Shown here: piece after piece, positions 51,131-63,559 of the stretch
Layout of the letters: every line of letters begins with the position of its first letter
Numbering within the stretch: position 1 is the first letter of the stretch
The notes under the pieces: generated by a model
The model's input: only the letters and a program-made list of their open reading frames with translations
Database searches by the model: none
What the model was told of the DNA's origin: nothing
Source of the DNA: Camelus dromedarius
Taxonomy: Eukaryota
Assembly: GCF_036321535.1 (NCBI RefSeq)
Contig: NC_087438.1
Location: 10,232,001 to 10,296,000, forward strand
Length of the DNA: 64,000 bases
Direction: 5' to 3'
Made by a program: the position numbers and the translations under genes

Positions 51131-53429
51131 CCAAAGAATCAGTTTCGCTCCCTCCCCTCCCTTCCTCTTCGGTGTATAGAAGTGAGCCTTGTGAAAACGG
51201 TTTCATGATTTCAGTGGTATTTGGGGGTAGTATTTGCTGAAACAGAGGAATTCTGTGCCTTGTCCCATCCTGTCCCACAAGCCGAGTCACTGAGCTAAGG
51301 CCTCACTGTTGAGTCAGAGAGGAGGCTGCGAGCTGACACCCCAGGTGGGAGGCAGACACCCTGCGGCTCAGGTGGCATCCGGGCCCCAGGGCAGGAGGGA
51401 CGCGGGGCCCAGGCTTCTGGAGGCCCAGCGAGCCGACAGTGCCGGGGGGCCAGACCAGCGGCGGAGCAGAGGCGGGAGTGGGGTCGACCCCCGTGTACTA
51501 GGTGTGTCCCATCCGGGACGTGCCGACTCTGCATCAGGCTGCCATCGTCAGTGTTGTCATGTTTTGTTGGAATTGCAGTGTTTTTCTAGTGGGATTTTTT
51601 TAAACGTGTGTTTTGTTTTCTCAACAAATTTAAAAGAAAAGATACTAACTAGTTTGTGCTGGCTTTATGAGAACTTATCTCTTGAAAGTGTAGTGTAACT
51701 AAAACTAGAGGCCACCATTGGCCCCAGCACTCTGGCCCAGTTTCTCAGTGTCCCCAGAGGCCAGCTTGCCGTCCAGTGTGCCAGACACCTCCTTCGGTGA
51801 CACCGATTCAGTGTTTGAGGTGGAATTGGCTCCTTTACCTTTCTTCCCATCAGTACTTCTGTTTAGATTACAGTGAAGAGAAGGCAGTCTTCCTTGGATG
51901 TACATTTCCTTACGTTATTCGGCACCACTGAATGAGTGTAAAATACCGAGGCAGCATGTTTTCTAAGACGCAGCAGCTTAACATACAGTGTCCCTTTCCG
52001 CATTCCTTAAATTAAGTTTTCACCCATGAATTAATTAGCTCCTGGCTGACCCCTAGGCAGGTGTGTCCCAGAGGTTCCGTGGCTCAGGGATGAGGGGGCG
52101 CAGCCTCGGGGAAGCGTGTGTGTGAAGATGGAATTGAGATTTTGAGAGAATGCTTTTTCATTTTCTTTTCCAGCAGAAGACATGCGGTGGCAAATGTCCA
52201 CTTTTTGATAAATGTCTGTCTTTGGACAGGAGTCAGGGTGGGAGGGCCACAGTGGCCCAGTGCTGCTGAAGGTGGGTGTTCTCTTTTGGGAGCAGGTGGC
52301 AAGTCATCTGCCTCTACCCAGCCCCTTGCATGTGGAAGGCAGGTGACCATGAAGTGAGTGAAACTGTTTCAGCCAGAAAAGCCCACCTACTGGACACCAT
52401 ATCATGGATATTTTTGTTAAATATTTTGACTTGATAAAAATACCGTACTCTTGTTTTGGTAAAATATTTGTTACTGCTCAGTGCAGCCTAACTGGTACAT
52501 ATTTGATTTCTTACAGCAAAACTTGCCTCTTCAGTTGATTTGAGGAGGTTAGTGGACTGAAGGTAATTGAATTTGTGTGGAGCATTGAGCTCACCCAGCG
52601 CCCTGCTGCACCCTCTGTCTTCTGGCCCCCTGATAACTTCTTGAGGGCGGAGTTGGTAGTCTGAGGATCCCCGTTGTAACAGAGTCCTAGAGAAATTCAG
52701 AGATCTCTTAGGTCACTGCTTCATCAAAGCGTCTCTTAAATCCGTAATACTATTACTACTATACAGTAGGACTTACAGAGGTTGGAGGGTTTTTCGTGGG
52801 AAATATTAGAGCAAATTGGGAGATTCCTCATGGTCATAACGCTGTCATACTTCCTGTTATTTATAACTGCAGCAACCGTGTTCATGAGAACTTAGGGAAA
52901 GCAAAAACAAAACAAAACGCAAAACAAGAGTATGTTATTGACTGGACCCCTTCTAGGTGGCATAAAGCATCAGTCCGTGTTTGGTGGGTCGATGAGTGGC
53001 ATTTTTCAAGTTGAACTGCAGAGTCCGTGTGAGGGGGCTGGGAGGCTTCCTGATACCAGCCTGACCTCACGCGCAGTTTGCCCGTGTTGCGCAGGGCATC
53101 ACCTTCGTCACCTGGGGTCTCTTTTCCCTAATCAGTAAGAGCAATGAGGCCTCTGTCTAAAATGTCTTTAAAATTCTTGGATTGTATGAAATTTGACGTC
53201 TTACAAAAATGGGTAAAAAACATAACATGGATTGACAAACATTTTAACATTTTTAGTGAAATTAACTCTTCGGACCACAAGTAACTCAACCAAAACTAAG
53301 TTCTTTGCCAGCACTCCGCTTATTTTTAAATTTGCCTGCCCTGTTGAGAATAGTTACTGACCTGATAAGAGCCGTCTGGTGAGACTGTTTTCAACTAAAT
53401 GTACATTTAACAATGAAAGAACTTTTAGA

Positions 53430-54195
53430 AGGTTAGCTTGTATTTGCCATCATTAGTCCTTAGGGAATTGCTACTTAAAACCATGGTGAGATACCTCTCA
53501 TTTCGAATGTTTGCAGTTGAAAAGACCGACCTTATAGGGGATGGGTGGGGACGTGGAAGGACTGGAACTCTCACGTGCTGTGGGGGAAGGAGGGACGTGA
53601 AATGGTACAGCCACTTTGGAAAACAGTTTGGCAGTTTGTTAAAAAGTTAAAACATACACCTGCCACATGATCCAACCACTCCGCACTGAGGTCTCTACCT
53701 ATAAGAACGGAAGGAACCAGTGCACACAAGGACTGTGTGCCAGCGCTCACAGCTGCTGTGTTTGTGATGGCCCCAGACTGGAAACAGCCCACATGTCCTC
53801 AATGTCTGAGTGGGTACATTGTGGCATCAGCACAGTGCAGAACTGCTCAGTAATGAAAAGGGAGGAACTGTGGATCCACACTGTCATATGGATGAAATCT
53901 CAAAATAATTATGCTGGAAGAAAGAAGCTAGACAATAGAGCACATACTGTATGATTCCATGTTTATACTTCTTTAAGAAAATGCAAGCCAGTCTACAGTG
54001 GCAGGAAGCAGGTCGGTGACAGCCCAGGACAGGAGGCAGGGAGAGTTACCGAGGGCACCAGAAGACTTTGGGGATGGCAGAGCTATTCACGGTCCTGGTA
54101 GCCTTGATCTTTCATAGGTTTACACATGTGTCAAAATCTACTGAATTGTGTACTTTCCATTTCTGCAGTTCATTGTGTGTCAGTCATGCCTCAGT
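53430..54195 (+). mobile_element. Old L1 (L1ME-like) ORF2 end and 3' UTR, sense to TRIO
   Basis: gaaatggtacagccactttggaaaacagtttggcag...cacatactgtatgattcc...tgtcaaaatctactgaattgtgtactt. Confidence 0.75.
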
Positions 54196-55156
54196 ACAGC
54201 GGCTGTGCCGTGTTAGCCACGATGCCAGCGTGGCCGGGCCGGGTCGGGGCCGGTGCCTTCCCCACCCCCACAGCTGGGGCAGCTGTCTGCAATGGACACG
54301 TGAGATACAGGAGGTGATTCTTCCATCCCCGAGGAAGTGGGAAGCATTTTCTCCAGACACCAACCACTTCCAAGCCACCAGGGCCCACTCAGTCTAATTA
54401 ATTGTCCTTTTCACTACATGGCTCCCCAGAGATCTGGAGGAGGCAGTGGGCTTCCCAGCAGCAAGCGAGGTGCTCTGTTCCCACCAGGCTGAAAGCAGCT
54501 CTTGTTCCAAGTTGTCCTTACCCGCCTACGTCCCCAGACACATTGCTGATGGTCATGGCTGTGAAGGTGCTCAGGTGTCTTCGGGAAGCACGCTTCTCGT
54601 TGCAGGACTGAGCAGTGGCCAGGCTGGGAGGGGACCTGGCAGAGCCACGTCTGGACGGCGTGCCGGGCGCGGGGATAGATCTGTTCCACCACGTTACGTG
54701 CTTCCTTCTTTCCTGAGGGATGTAAAGCCCCTCTCTCTGTGCAGTGGTTTAATAATTAATAATGGATTGTAATGCCCTTGCTAAAAATAAAACTATCCAT
54801 CTGCTGAATAAGAATCCAAAGATGCGTAGAAGAAATTCTGTTACGTTTAGCAGATGTTCCAGTTGTTGGAGGGGTCTTTTCTCCTTCCTGTTGCGCTTGG
54901 GCTGAGTCTAGGAAGGACTGGGAAGAGTCACTTCCCTTCCCTTTCCTTTCTCTCCTTTGTGACAGTCCCCTTGGGCTCTCGGCCCGTTTGTTTTTTCACC
55001 CCGTGTCCTGCTCCATCTGCGTGCGTGTTCCGCTGGCCGGCAGGCTGTGTGGGTGCCTCTGCCCGGCCCGGGTCCCCCGCGGCCTCCGTGCCGGGACCCC
55101 CACCCCCCCATCCCGGGACACGGAGCAGGACCTGGCTCACGGCTCTCCCCCCGCAG

Positions 55157-55326
55157 CTGTGGACATGGCTGGAGGAGCTGCAGAAGGAGCTGCTGGACGA
55201 CGTGTATGCCGAGTCGGTGGAGGCCGTGCAGGACCTCATCAAGCGCTTCGGCCAGCAGCAGCAGACCACCCTGCAGGTGACGGTCAACGTGATCAAGGAA
55301 GGGGAGGACCTCATCCAGCAGCTGAG
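55157..55326 (+). CDS. TRIO: TRIO coding exon E (170 nt; [10 protein letters not shown]...EDLIQQL(R))
   Basis: Acceptor ctctccccccgcag|CTG, donor CTGAG|gtgggc; phase 0/2; lies within ORF 54854..55501. Confidence 0.95.
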
Positions 55327-55334
55327 GTGGGCCC

Positions 55335-55418
55335 GTCCCTGTCCTCCCATCCGTGCCCTCCTGTCCCTGCCTGTGCTCCTGTCCCTGCCCGTGCTCCTGT
55401 CCGTGCCCTCCTGTCCCT
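55335..55418. repeat. Imperfect ~14-18 bp pyrimidine-rich tandem repeat just after the exon E donor
   Basis: ccgtgccctcctgtccctgcctgtgctcctgtccctgcccgtgctcctgtccgtgccctcctgtcc. Confidence 0.75.
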
Positions 55419-56388
55419 ACACAGATGCTCTGAGATCTGCCAGGGACTGCCCCTTCTCCTCTATTTTTCGAACAATTAGCTATAATTCTCTGTGCAACTA
55501 GGCAGAGAACAGATGACATCCATACATGCAAAGGAGACTAGCATCTCTCTCTCTCTTTTCTTTTTTTCCCCCTCAATCTTTTTCACTCCATGATTTTTCT
55601 CATTACAGCATTGACTACTAAACCTTCCCAGAATTCAATTCTTATTAATACTCCCTCTTATCACCTACCTAATTATTACTGAGATTTCCTAACAAACCAG
55701 GTTAATTTAAACCTCCCAGGACCACATGCTGCAGGGCCTGAGTGATCTGCTCCTCTGCAGTGAGGCTGGCCTGCCTCCTTCGGACTCCCAGCTCGGGCAG
55801 GCCTGGCCCGGCCTCCGGTGACCCCGGTCCCTCCTGCAGGTGCTGCTAGGGGCAGGATGGCAGGAGACCGCACTGGGGCTGGAAGCAAATTCCTTTAATT
55901 GGTTACAGGGAGCGTTCACGTAAAGGTAGTCCTACAGGCTCATGCAGAGGACAGCTGATCAAATCGTCAGTCCTAACTTCGCATGATGCTCTTTGCTAAG
56001 AGGCAGAAGTCCCTTGACGAAGGCTTAGTTGACTGCATCACAGTTTAACCCTTTCCAGCCGATGCTGCTCTTTCTAAATAGTATCACCTGTCCTCTACCT
56101 AAGGACAAAAGTGGCTACAGATGAAACTCCCCTGAAATGGTTTGTGTAATTAGTAGCCTTCTTCTAAGAGGGACTGTGAGGAAGTGCGGAAGGAATTCCT
56201 CCGTGTGTCCTCAGATCGGAGGAAGAAGCCGGGGGGTTTGGCGGGAGGGGGGCTTGTTCCATTTTCTGAGAGCAGCAGTCCGGCTTCCTGCCGGCCTCTC
56301 CCCTGGAGCCCTGGGCTGCCGGATCTGGCCTCTGCCGCTGTGAGACTTGCCCATCCAATTCCTGTTTGTCCCCCGCTGCTCCTCGCAG

Positions 56389-56563
56389 GGACTCTGCCAT
56401 CTCCAGTAACAAGACCCCGCACAACAGCTCCATCAGCCACATCGAGACGGTGCTGCAGCAGCTGGACGAGGCCCAGGCCCAGATGGAGGAGCTCTTCCAG
56501 GAGCGCAAGATCAAGCTGGAGCTCTTCCTGCAGCTGCGCGTGTTTGAGAGGGACGCCGTCGAT
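56389..56563 (+). CDS. TRIO: TRIO coding exon F (175 nt; (R)[10 protein letters not shown]...VFERDAVD)
   Basis: Acceptor ctgctcctcgcag|GGAC, donor GAT|gtgagt; phase 2/0, completing the AG+G Arg codon; lies within ORF 56366..56719. Confidence 0.95.
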
Positions 56564-59389
56564 GTGAGTGTCCCTGGCACCCCGCATCCCTCCGCCCCTC
56601 CCCCGTCTGGCTCCTGGGTCCTTGCCCCCTCCCCCGCCTCTGCGTGGGGAGGAGGAGGAGGAGGACAGAGGAAGGACAGAGTGGCTCTTCCCAGCTCAGC
56701 CCTGGGCTCTGGCGTTTGAAGCTGGGAGAGGCAGGTTGGGAGCAGGGCCGACACCGCACAGCAGGACAGCAAAGCCAGCGAGCTTGGTGAGTGGAGTCCA
56801 GGCGGGGCTTCTACTGACACGTCACTTCGGCTTGTTGATCCCTGATTGGACCCTGCACTGCGCTCGGCTTGGCTTGGCCTGGCCACAGAGGCACGTACTC
56901 AGGGCAGAGGGGCTCTCCCCTGCCGCCCCGCCTTCCTCCCTCCCCACCTCCCTCCCAGCTCTCTCCTCCCAAGAGTGAGAGTTCCCTGAGCCTGTGGTAA
57001 TAATGTTTTAGGTCCCAGAAACGTCTCCAGATGTTGTCAGTTGATCTGTGATTCTTACCTAAAAATTGACTTTTGCACCTTATTTAGGCTAGGAGAACGA
57101 AGGACAGATTTCTTTTCTTTTTTTCAACCAAGAGAGGATGGTTTTTAATTCTCTGCCAGGCAAGGTCTTTTTTTTTTTTTTTTTTTAACTTGATGAGCAC
57201 AAGCAGAAGTGAGTATGATTGGATGCCGCTAAATCTTTGTAGGAAACACAATGAAAGGAACCAAAACTCCCTGGGTGAGGCCAGCCTCCCAGAGCCCGTG
57301 GGCTTCATCCAGCTGCTACAGGGCCTGCTGCCCAGCCAGGTACCTCCTCCGCCCAGGTGGCCCCGTGCCTGCCGACCAGGATCTGTCGAGCACACTGTGT
57401 TCATATCTCTCACTCGTCCTGGAGGGTAGTCGGGCCCAGACCCCAGGTGCCCCCGAAGGCAGAGGATGGCAGGGCTGCTCAGCTCAGGGGACCCTCAGCC
57501 CCTCGCCCGGCTCCCGGCAGAGATTTGATGTGGGTGCAGGAGCCTCTCACAGGGGCCTTGTGTTGGCTGCTTCTGAACTGTCCAGCAACATTTTCATGAA
57601 AGAAAGACCTTCGTGGCTGTTTCATTGTTGTCACAGGTCACATGTTGCCTGGGAAAACTGCTCAGGTCCTCTGGTCTTGACCTTCCCATCCCCATGGAGC
57701 CGCGGAGAGAAGAGGTGTGCTGGTCTCAGCTCCCGGAGGCCCTGCCGCGGCCTGGGAGGCGGTCAGAGTCAGGGTGCAGCCCTGCGTGGACAAGAGAGCC
57801 AGCATGGCTGCCTTCCTCTGACCTCTGCTTCAGAGGAATTGCTTCCGCCAGCTTAGCTGCTTGTTGAATAGTGTCAGTTAAGAAACACAAAGCAGTCAGA
57901 AGCATTATTTGAAGTTTTCCTTCCAGGACATCTTGAGATCTGGGGAAAAAAAATAAAATTGGCTTTACTTGTATTAACACTGCTGCAAAGGTGAAAAAAG
58001 AATTCGTTACTGTATTTCTACTTTTATTGAACCAGTGTTTTAAAATGCAGATGAGGAACCAAAAATGTACAGTTTCCCCACACTATAGCCACAAAATTTC
58101 ATGAGGCCTTAACAGAGCCAGCACTCTTGGCCAGGGGTAAGCGCTTTCCTGAGCTGGGGAAATTAACCCTGCAGCTCAGTCCCAGGCCAGCCAAAGTACA
58201 GTCTAAAAGCTTTTACAGTGTCACAGCCTGGGAACCTCTTCTCTGGAGTAATGCTGAAAATGTGAAAACCTGAGCTATTTAGGCTCCACTGGGATTTCCC
58301 CTCCTGTCTGGACTGATGCCCCTTGTGAGTGCACACAGAAGGCATGGAGTTACCTTTATGGGAGAAATTCATCTGTTATAGGGTCATTTTTTAAAAAATC
58401 CTCCATGTCTCTTGTATTTCAGTTGAAATAGCATTTCCATCTCTCAAGAGCAGAGTGGGATTTTCTATGGTTTAGAATATTGCAATTTCAGGCTCCAGAT
58501 ATTCTAAATAAAATCTGCTCTGTTGATCTACAAAGAACAACAAAAGCATTATCCTGGCGTCCTATGACAGTTTAGTTGTGGAAACAGTCTTAACTGTATG
58601 TGGGTTTAGAAAGAAAAACAGACTTTCTAAAAATTTGGGGACACATTTTAAAAAATGGGTTCCTATTCAAAAAAAGACCTCCGCTTTCTTGAGCTTTGTT
58701 TTTGCCACAGACTTCGTTTCTTGGCTTGTGTGGTTATTAACAGGCAGTAATGCTAAACTTGGGGCAGAATTCTTCCTGATGACCCTGGATCATGGCCACT
58801 GCCAGGGCTTCCTTGTGCACAGTGTGTGTGTTTGAATCCTGCTGCACTTAGCGCATTGATCTTTGTTTATTATCCACTTCTTGAGTGTTTTCTGAGCCTG
58901 TTGTCTCTGTGAGGCGTTGTCGCTGAGTCTGTAAGTCACCACCACACTGAACCCTCTCCTCCCTCAGCGTCAGAAAACAAACATTAAGAAAGGAAATTCC
59001 TCTTAGGATAAAGATTAAAGTTACGGTAATTTTTTTTCCTTTTAAAAATATTTTTATTGTGGATTCTTGATTTATGTCTAATTTGGCGTTACTTAAAATT
59101 AATTAATTAATTAATTAATATAATTTAATAAATGGATGTAGGATACACACATATTATGTAGATCCCAGTAGTAAAAGAAGAAATCCGGAAGATTTGTGCA
59201 ATAGGAGTTCGGAGGAGTCTTAAGATTTTTATTACTTTCATCTCCCAGCTGGATTCTGTATAAAGTCTCTCAAATTCTCAAACTAATTTGGTTACTGCTC
59301 CTGAGGACAAAGTAAATTAGAATCCATGGGAAATACTTCATTGAAGTGTGGAGAATAACACTTTTGAACAAGAAGTTTTTTCCTTCTTT

Positions 59390-60545
59390 CTGGGTTTCAT
59401 AATTTTTGGTCTTAACTTCCCTAACATACTTTGAAAAATTTTCAAGCCCACAGAGAAGTAGCGAGAATAGCGCAGCGGCCTTCCGCATGCCTGTCCTCCC
59501 AAGTTCAGCGAGATTTTTGCCCCTCTTACTTCAAGTATCACCTTCTGCGGTTGTGCTGTGGTGTTTTAGAGGAAATCTTTGCCAGCTTATAATATTTCAC
59601 TCCTAAAGACTTTGTAAATATCTCTTTAAAAGTAGGTTATTTTCCTGTATAACCACATCATGTCCTAAGCACCTCGCTGATTTCACAGTTATTCCTATAG
59701 TATCTTGTAACACCCAGCCTCTGTTCAGGTTTCTGCAGGTGCTTCAGAGGGGCATGTGGGGTCTGCTCCTGTATTTGATGGTTAGTCTTTTCATCTAGAA
59801 CTCTCTCTGTCCACCCTTCTTTATTTTTCCCCACGCCATGATTTGTTGAATTAACTGACAGTTGTCAAAGGAAGCAGGTCCCACGTTCTGTGTTTCCTCC
59901 CTCGACCTCTTTGAGGCTGTTTAACTGCTTTTCTCCTTGGCATTTCCTGTAACCTTAGAAGGTAGATGGAAGGACCCAATTAGATTCAGGTTCGTTTTGG
60001 TACAAGAAGCCCTGCGGGTGGCACAGCATTGTTCCTCCTGTCGGGAGGCGTGTCCTGTCTGGCACCGCTTCTTCAGGGATGCTCGGGGCGGTCTGCAAGG
60101 TTAAGACCAGCAGCCTGATCCCTGTCAACGTCCCCGTCAGATCCCTGTCTCTTGTGGGCACTGGTGATCCTTACCTGAACAAGCATTTTACTAGGATTTT
60201 TTTCATTAGAAAAAAGTTTTCTAATTTTAATATTTCTACATTCAGTAGCTAGATCTAACCATAAAGAGGAACTTTCCTTCGTCATTTTATGCTTAAATAA
60301 TTAATTTTCTCCTTTTAAAGACCAGTTTTTAGAATAAAGGTTCCTTTTAATCAGAACCAAAGAGCCTTTCATTTAGTTTTTGGTTCTTTCGCTCTTCTTT
60401 TTCTTTTGACATCATTAGGAATAAATGGACTTCTGTATATTTAACGTATTTTGTTCTTTGTGGTCATTTTTTTAGTGTCTAATTGTTGCATCTTTGGCCA
60501 GTAGGAGCCCCATCAACTGGCTTCTGTGGCCTTTTTGACACAGAC
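59390..60545 (-). mobile_element. Old L1 (L1MC-like) 3' region
   Basis: gaaaaattttcaagcccacagagaagtagcgagaatag...ttagattcaggttcg...ctttggccagtaggagcccc. Confidence 0.55.
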
Positions 60546-60638
60546 GCATTAGTCCCTTCCCTCCTTGGCACAGTGAGATGTCACAGCAGATACTTATTTT
60601 TTAAGTCCTGGTCCTAAGCACATCCTTTCCTCTGTCAG

Positions 60639-60834
60639 ATCATATCAGACCTTGAGTCTTGGAACGATGAGCTTTCTCAGCAGATGAATGACTTTGACAC
60701 AGAGGACCTCACAATAGCAGAGCAGCGCCTCCAGCACCACGCGGACAAGGCTCTGACCATGAATAACCTGACCTTCGATGTCATCCACCAAGGGCAGGAC
60801 CTCCTGCAGTACGTCAATGAAGTGCAGGCCTCCG
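60639..60834 (+). CDS. TRIO: TRIO coding exon G (196 nt; [10 protein letters not shown]...YVNEVQAS(G))
   Basis: Acceptor cctttcctctgtcag|ATC, donor TCCG|gtgagc; phase 0/1; overlaps ORF 60684..60914. Confidence 0.95.
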
Positions 60835-61650
60835 GTGAGCAGTGCGTCCCGTCCCGGGTCGGCGGCGGGGCTTTCGTGTCCTGGCAGGAGCGTGTCCAGT
60901 TTATTTCAGTGTGACGGCTGTCAGCGGTTAGTTGACTTACTCCTGTGATTCAGGTGTTATAAATACCTGCTCTTTGTTATAAATACCTGCTTTCTTTTAC
61001 CCACAGAATGTGATCACGCCATGATTAGTGTACCACCCTTGATATTTTTACATGTTATCTCAAGTAGCATGACTTTAATTTTACAAATTATATATTGTAT
61101 CTCCATGAATGAGATGTAAATCCCAAGAAGATATTTTCACATCTTCTGTTTTTGTCTTAGTTAATATTTCACCAGCAGATGTCACTGCAGGCTCAAAAAT
61201 GTAGAGCGCGCTGTCGGGTTAGAAGCTTTGCAACAACCTGCGTCCTGTGTTACTCATTTTACACAGGTCAAATTAAATGCTCTCTCAAGAGTGAAGGGGT
61301 ACACAGTGGACAACAAAAACAAACCAGAGCTCGCTCATTTATAAAGGACCTGTCATTTTCACCAGTTACCAATGTGGGAGTAGAAGTAGACTGATGGGAA
61401 ATGGGTTCGGTTTGAGTCGCTGCATGTTCTATTTGGCTGTAGAGCACATCGAATACACCCTCTGAGACACTCGCATGCGGAGGCGTCAGCTCCCCTGTGC
61501 TGGCTACGCCTTCCTCGAACTTGACCTTCAAAGTAAGGGCTTAGGCCCCAGCGGGGCAGGTCATTCAGAAATGCAGAGTGTATGCCGTGCGCCACTGAAG
61601 AACAGGTTGAAATGCTAATTGAATTCAGGTCCTCCCCTCTGTGTCCACAG

Positions 61651-61817
61651 GCGTGGAGCTTCTTTGTGACAGAGATGTAGACATGGCCACTCGGGTCCAG
61701 GACTTGCTGGAGTTTCTCCATGAAAAGCAGCAGGAACTGGATTTAGCAGCTGAGCAGCATCGGAAGCACCTGGAGCAGTGCGTGCAGCTGCGCCACCTGC
61801 AGGCTGAAGTGAAGCAG
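61651..61817 (+). CDS. TRIO: TRIO coding exon H (167 nt; (G)[10 protein letters not shown]...HLQAEVKQ)
   Basis: Acceptor ctctgtgtccacag|GC, donor CAG|gtaaac; phase 1/0; lies within ORF 61641..61865. Confidence 0.95.
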
Positions 61818-62045
61818 GTAAACAGACAGCTGGATGGAGAGCCAGGCCCAAGGGGACCCAGTTGACAAGCACGCGCTGTGTGTTCTCCTGGTAATTCAGA
61901 CACGTACACATTGGAGGAGATTATCCCAGGTCAGAACACAGCTGTCCTGATGCTCAGTACAACACACAGCCACAGCTAGTGGGTAAAAATCAAGCCAGTG
62001 CCTGGACCGCTGTGTGTTCATGCTGCAGTGGAAAAGCCTTCGTCA

Positions 62046-62063
62046 CCCAGCAGGGGGAGCACT
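62046..62063 (+). promoter_or_regulatory. CTCF-like motif
   Basis: cccagcagggggagcact; motif match only. Confidence 0.4.
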
Positions 62064-62293
62064 TGAGAGCACCCTCCATTTAGCTTATTTTGTTATTGGT
62101 GGTCTCTTGCTTCAAACCCTGAGCACATTGCTTTCTGGGCTAAATAACTGTTAAGATTTATTTTTGCAAAGTAGACTATTATCAATCTGGGCGGGATCAC
62201 AGGCTGTGTATGGCTGGGGTCTTCTCGTGTCAACAGGATGCTGTACTGCCACATCCCAGACAGCAGAGCAAAATAGAAAGGGAACATTTGGAA

Positions 62294-62361
62294 GAGATTG
62301 TTTTTGACTCAATGCCAGTGGGATTCCGAGATTGTTGTTGGCTCAATGCCAGTGGGATTCC
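62294..62361. repeat. 34-bp tandem duplication (2 mismatches)
   Basis: gagattgtttttgactcaatgccagtgggattcc followed by gagattgttgttggctcaatgccagtgggattcc. Confidence 0.9.
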
Positions 62362-62489
62362 ATGTGTATGTATATGCAGCGTGTCTGTGACATTTTATCT
62401 CATGAGCAGGAAACCATGAAAGTACAGCTTTATGAGATTCTGGTAGATGCACAGAAAAGTGTGTGTTAGTTTGATTGGAAGGGACTGAA

Positions 62490-62785
62490 TGGTCGCAAAA
62501 TGGCTGTCATAGCCCCAACTATCACCTCCACATTCCAGGTCTCAGGGAGGGGAAAGCTTAACAGGAAAGAGGCAGCACCCAGATCAAAAAAGAAATGTGT
62601 TCCCCGAATCCCCCAGAAGCTCCTGCTTTGATCTCAGTGGCTAGAATTGTATCGTATCTGCAACCAAGCTATCATCAGAGCTGAGAAGTGGCTTTCTTTT
62701 AAGTTCCTTCCAGAAGTTGGGATTTTCTGACTAAAGGAGATGAGGAAAATAGGTATTGGGTAGGTAACTAGCAGGTTCTGCCACG
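62490..62785. mobile_element. MaLR LTR (MLT1-like)
   Basis: caaaatggctgtcatagcccca...cacattccagg...ggtattgggtaggtaactagcaggttctgccac. Confidence 0.55.
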
Positions 62786-63378
62786 AATGACTGACCAGAA
62801 TGACCTTCTACAATCTCTGTAGCCACAGAGAAAGTTAGGATTCCAAAGTTAGGATTGACTTACCATTTTGTGATGCTGAGAATCTGGTGGTTTGACCCCA
62901 GCACTGGAGCACAGCTGAATTCATTGCTTATTACGCTGTCTTAACACTGATGCTAAAGTGGAAAATATGTTAGTGAAATAAAATAGTTCCCTTATCAAGT
63001 AGTTTGCTAATTCTGCATGTTCATAAGGACTAAATAGGAATGAAAAGTATTTTTCTTGATTGTCAGGAAATTCTTTGCAGCAGTAAGTTTTCTAGCATGT
63101 GGTCCTCAAATCTCTTTTGACCTGTGGACTCGCAGTCAATCTACTGGACCCTCCACCTTTTTCAGCTCACACTTGAAACTAAAAATGACAGAATTAAATT
63201 TAAAATGCAGCCCTTGTGATCAGATACCACTGGCAGGTAGCAGGCTGTTTTTGGTAGGATCATGAGGAAGCAGGACTTCACAGCTGACGTGAGTGCGCTC
63301 GGACCTCTGCACTGCTGGTCTGTAGGATGGATGCCCCAAGGAGGGGCTGATACTTGGAGCTCCCGTGTTGTGTTTCAG

Positions 63379-63498
63379 GTCCTGGGCTGGATTCGCAATG
63401 GGGAGTCGATGTTGAACGCTGGGCTCATCACGGCTAGCTCGTTGCAGGAGGCGGAGCAGCTGCAGAGGGAACACGAGCAGTTCCAGCATGCCATCGAG
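63379..63498 (+). CDS. TRIO: TRIO coding exon I (120 nt; [10 protein letters not shown]...EQFQHAIE)
   Basis: Acceptor tgttgtgtttcag|GTC, donor GAG|gtaagg; phase 0/0; lies within ORF 63262..63525. Confidence 0.95.
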
Positions 63499-63559
63499 GT
63501 AAGGATGCTTGGCCTCACTTTCTAGTCTTAGGACCAGCCTGTTAAGTCCCCTCCCATGG

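Noticed and set aside
54908..56886. Long antisense and alternate-frame ORFs (207 aa at 54908..55531, 240 aa at 56164..56886 and others)
   Set aside because: They shadow the GC-rich TRIO exons E and F, where high GC3 removes stops in other frames; no recognisable protein content.
370..63498. KALRN (Kalirin) as alternative gene identity, or a pseudogene
   Set aside because: The peptides match Trio as I recall it (e.g. [40 protein letters not shown]), and all exons are intact, in frame and separated by canonical introns.
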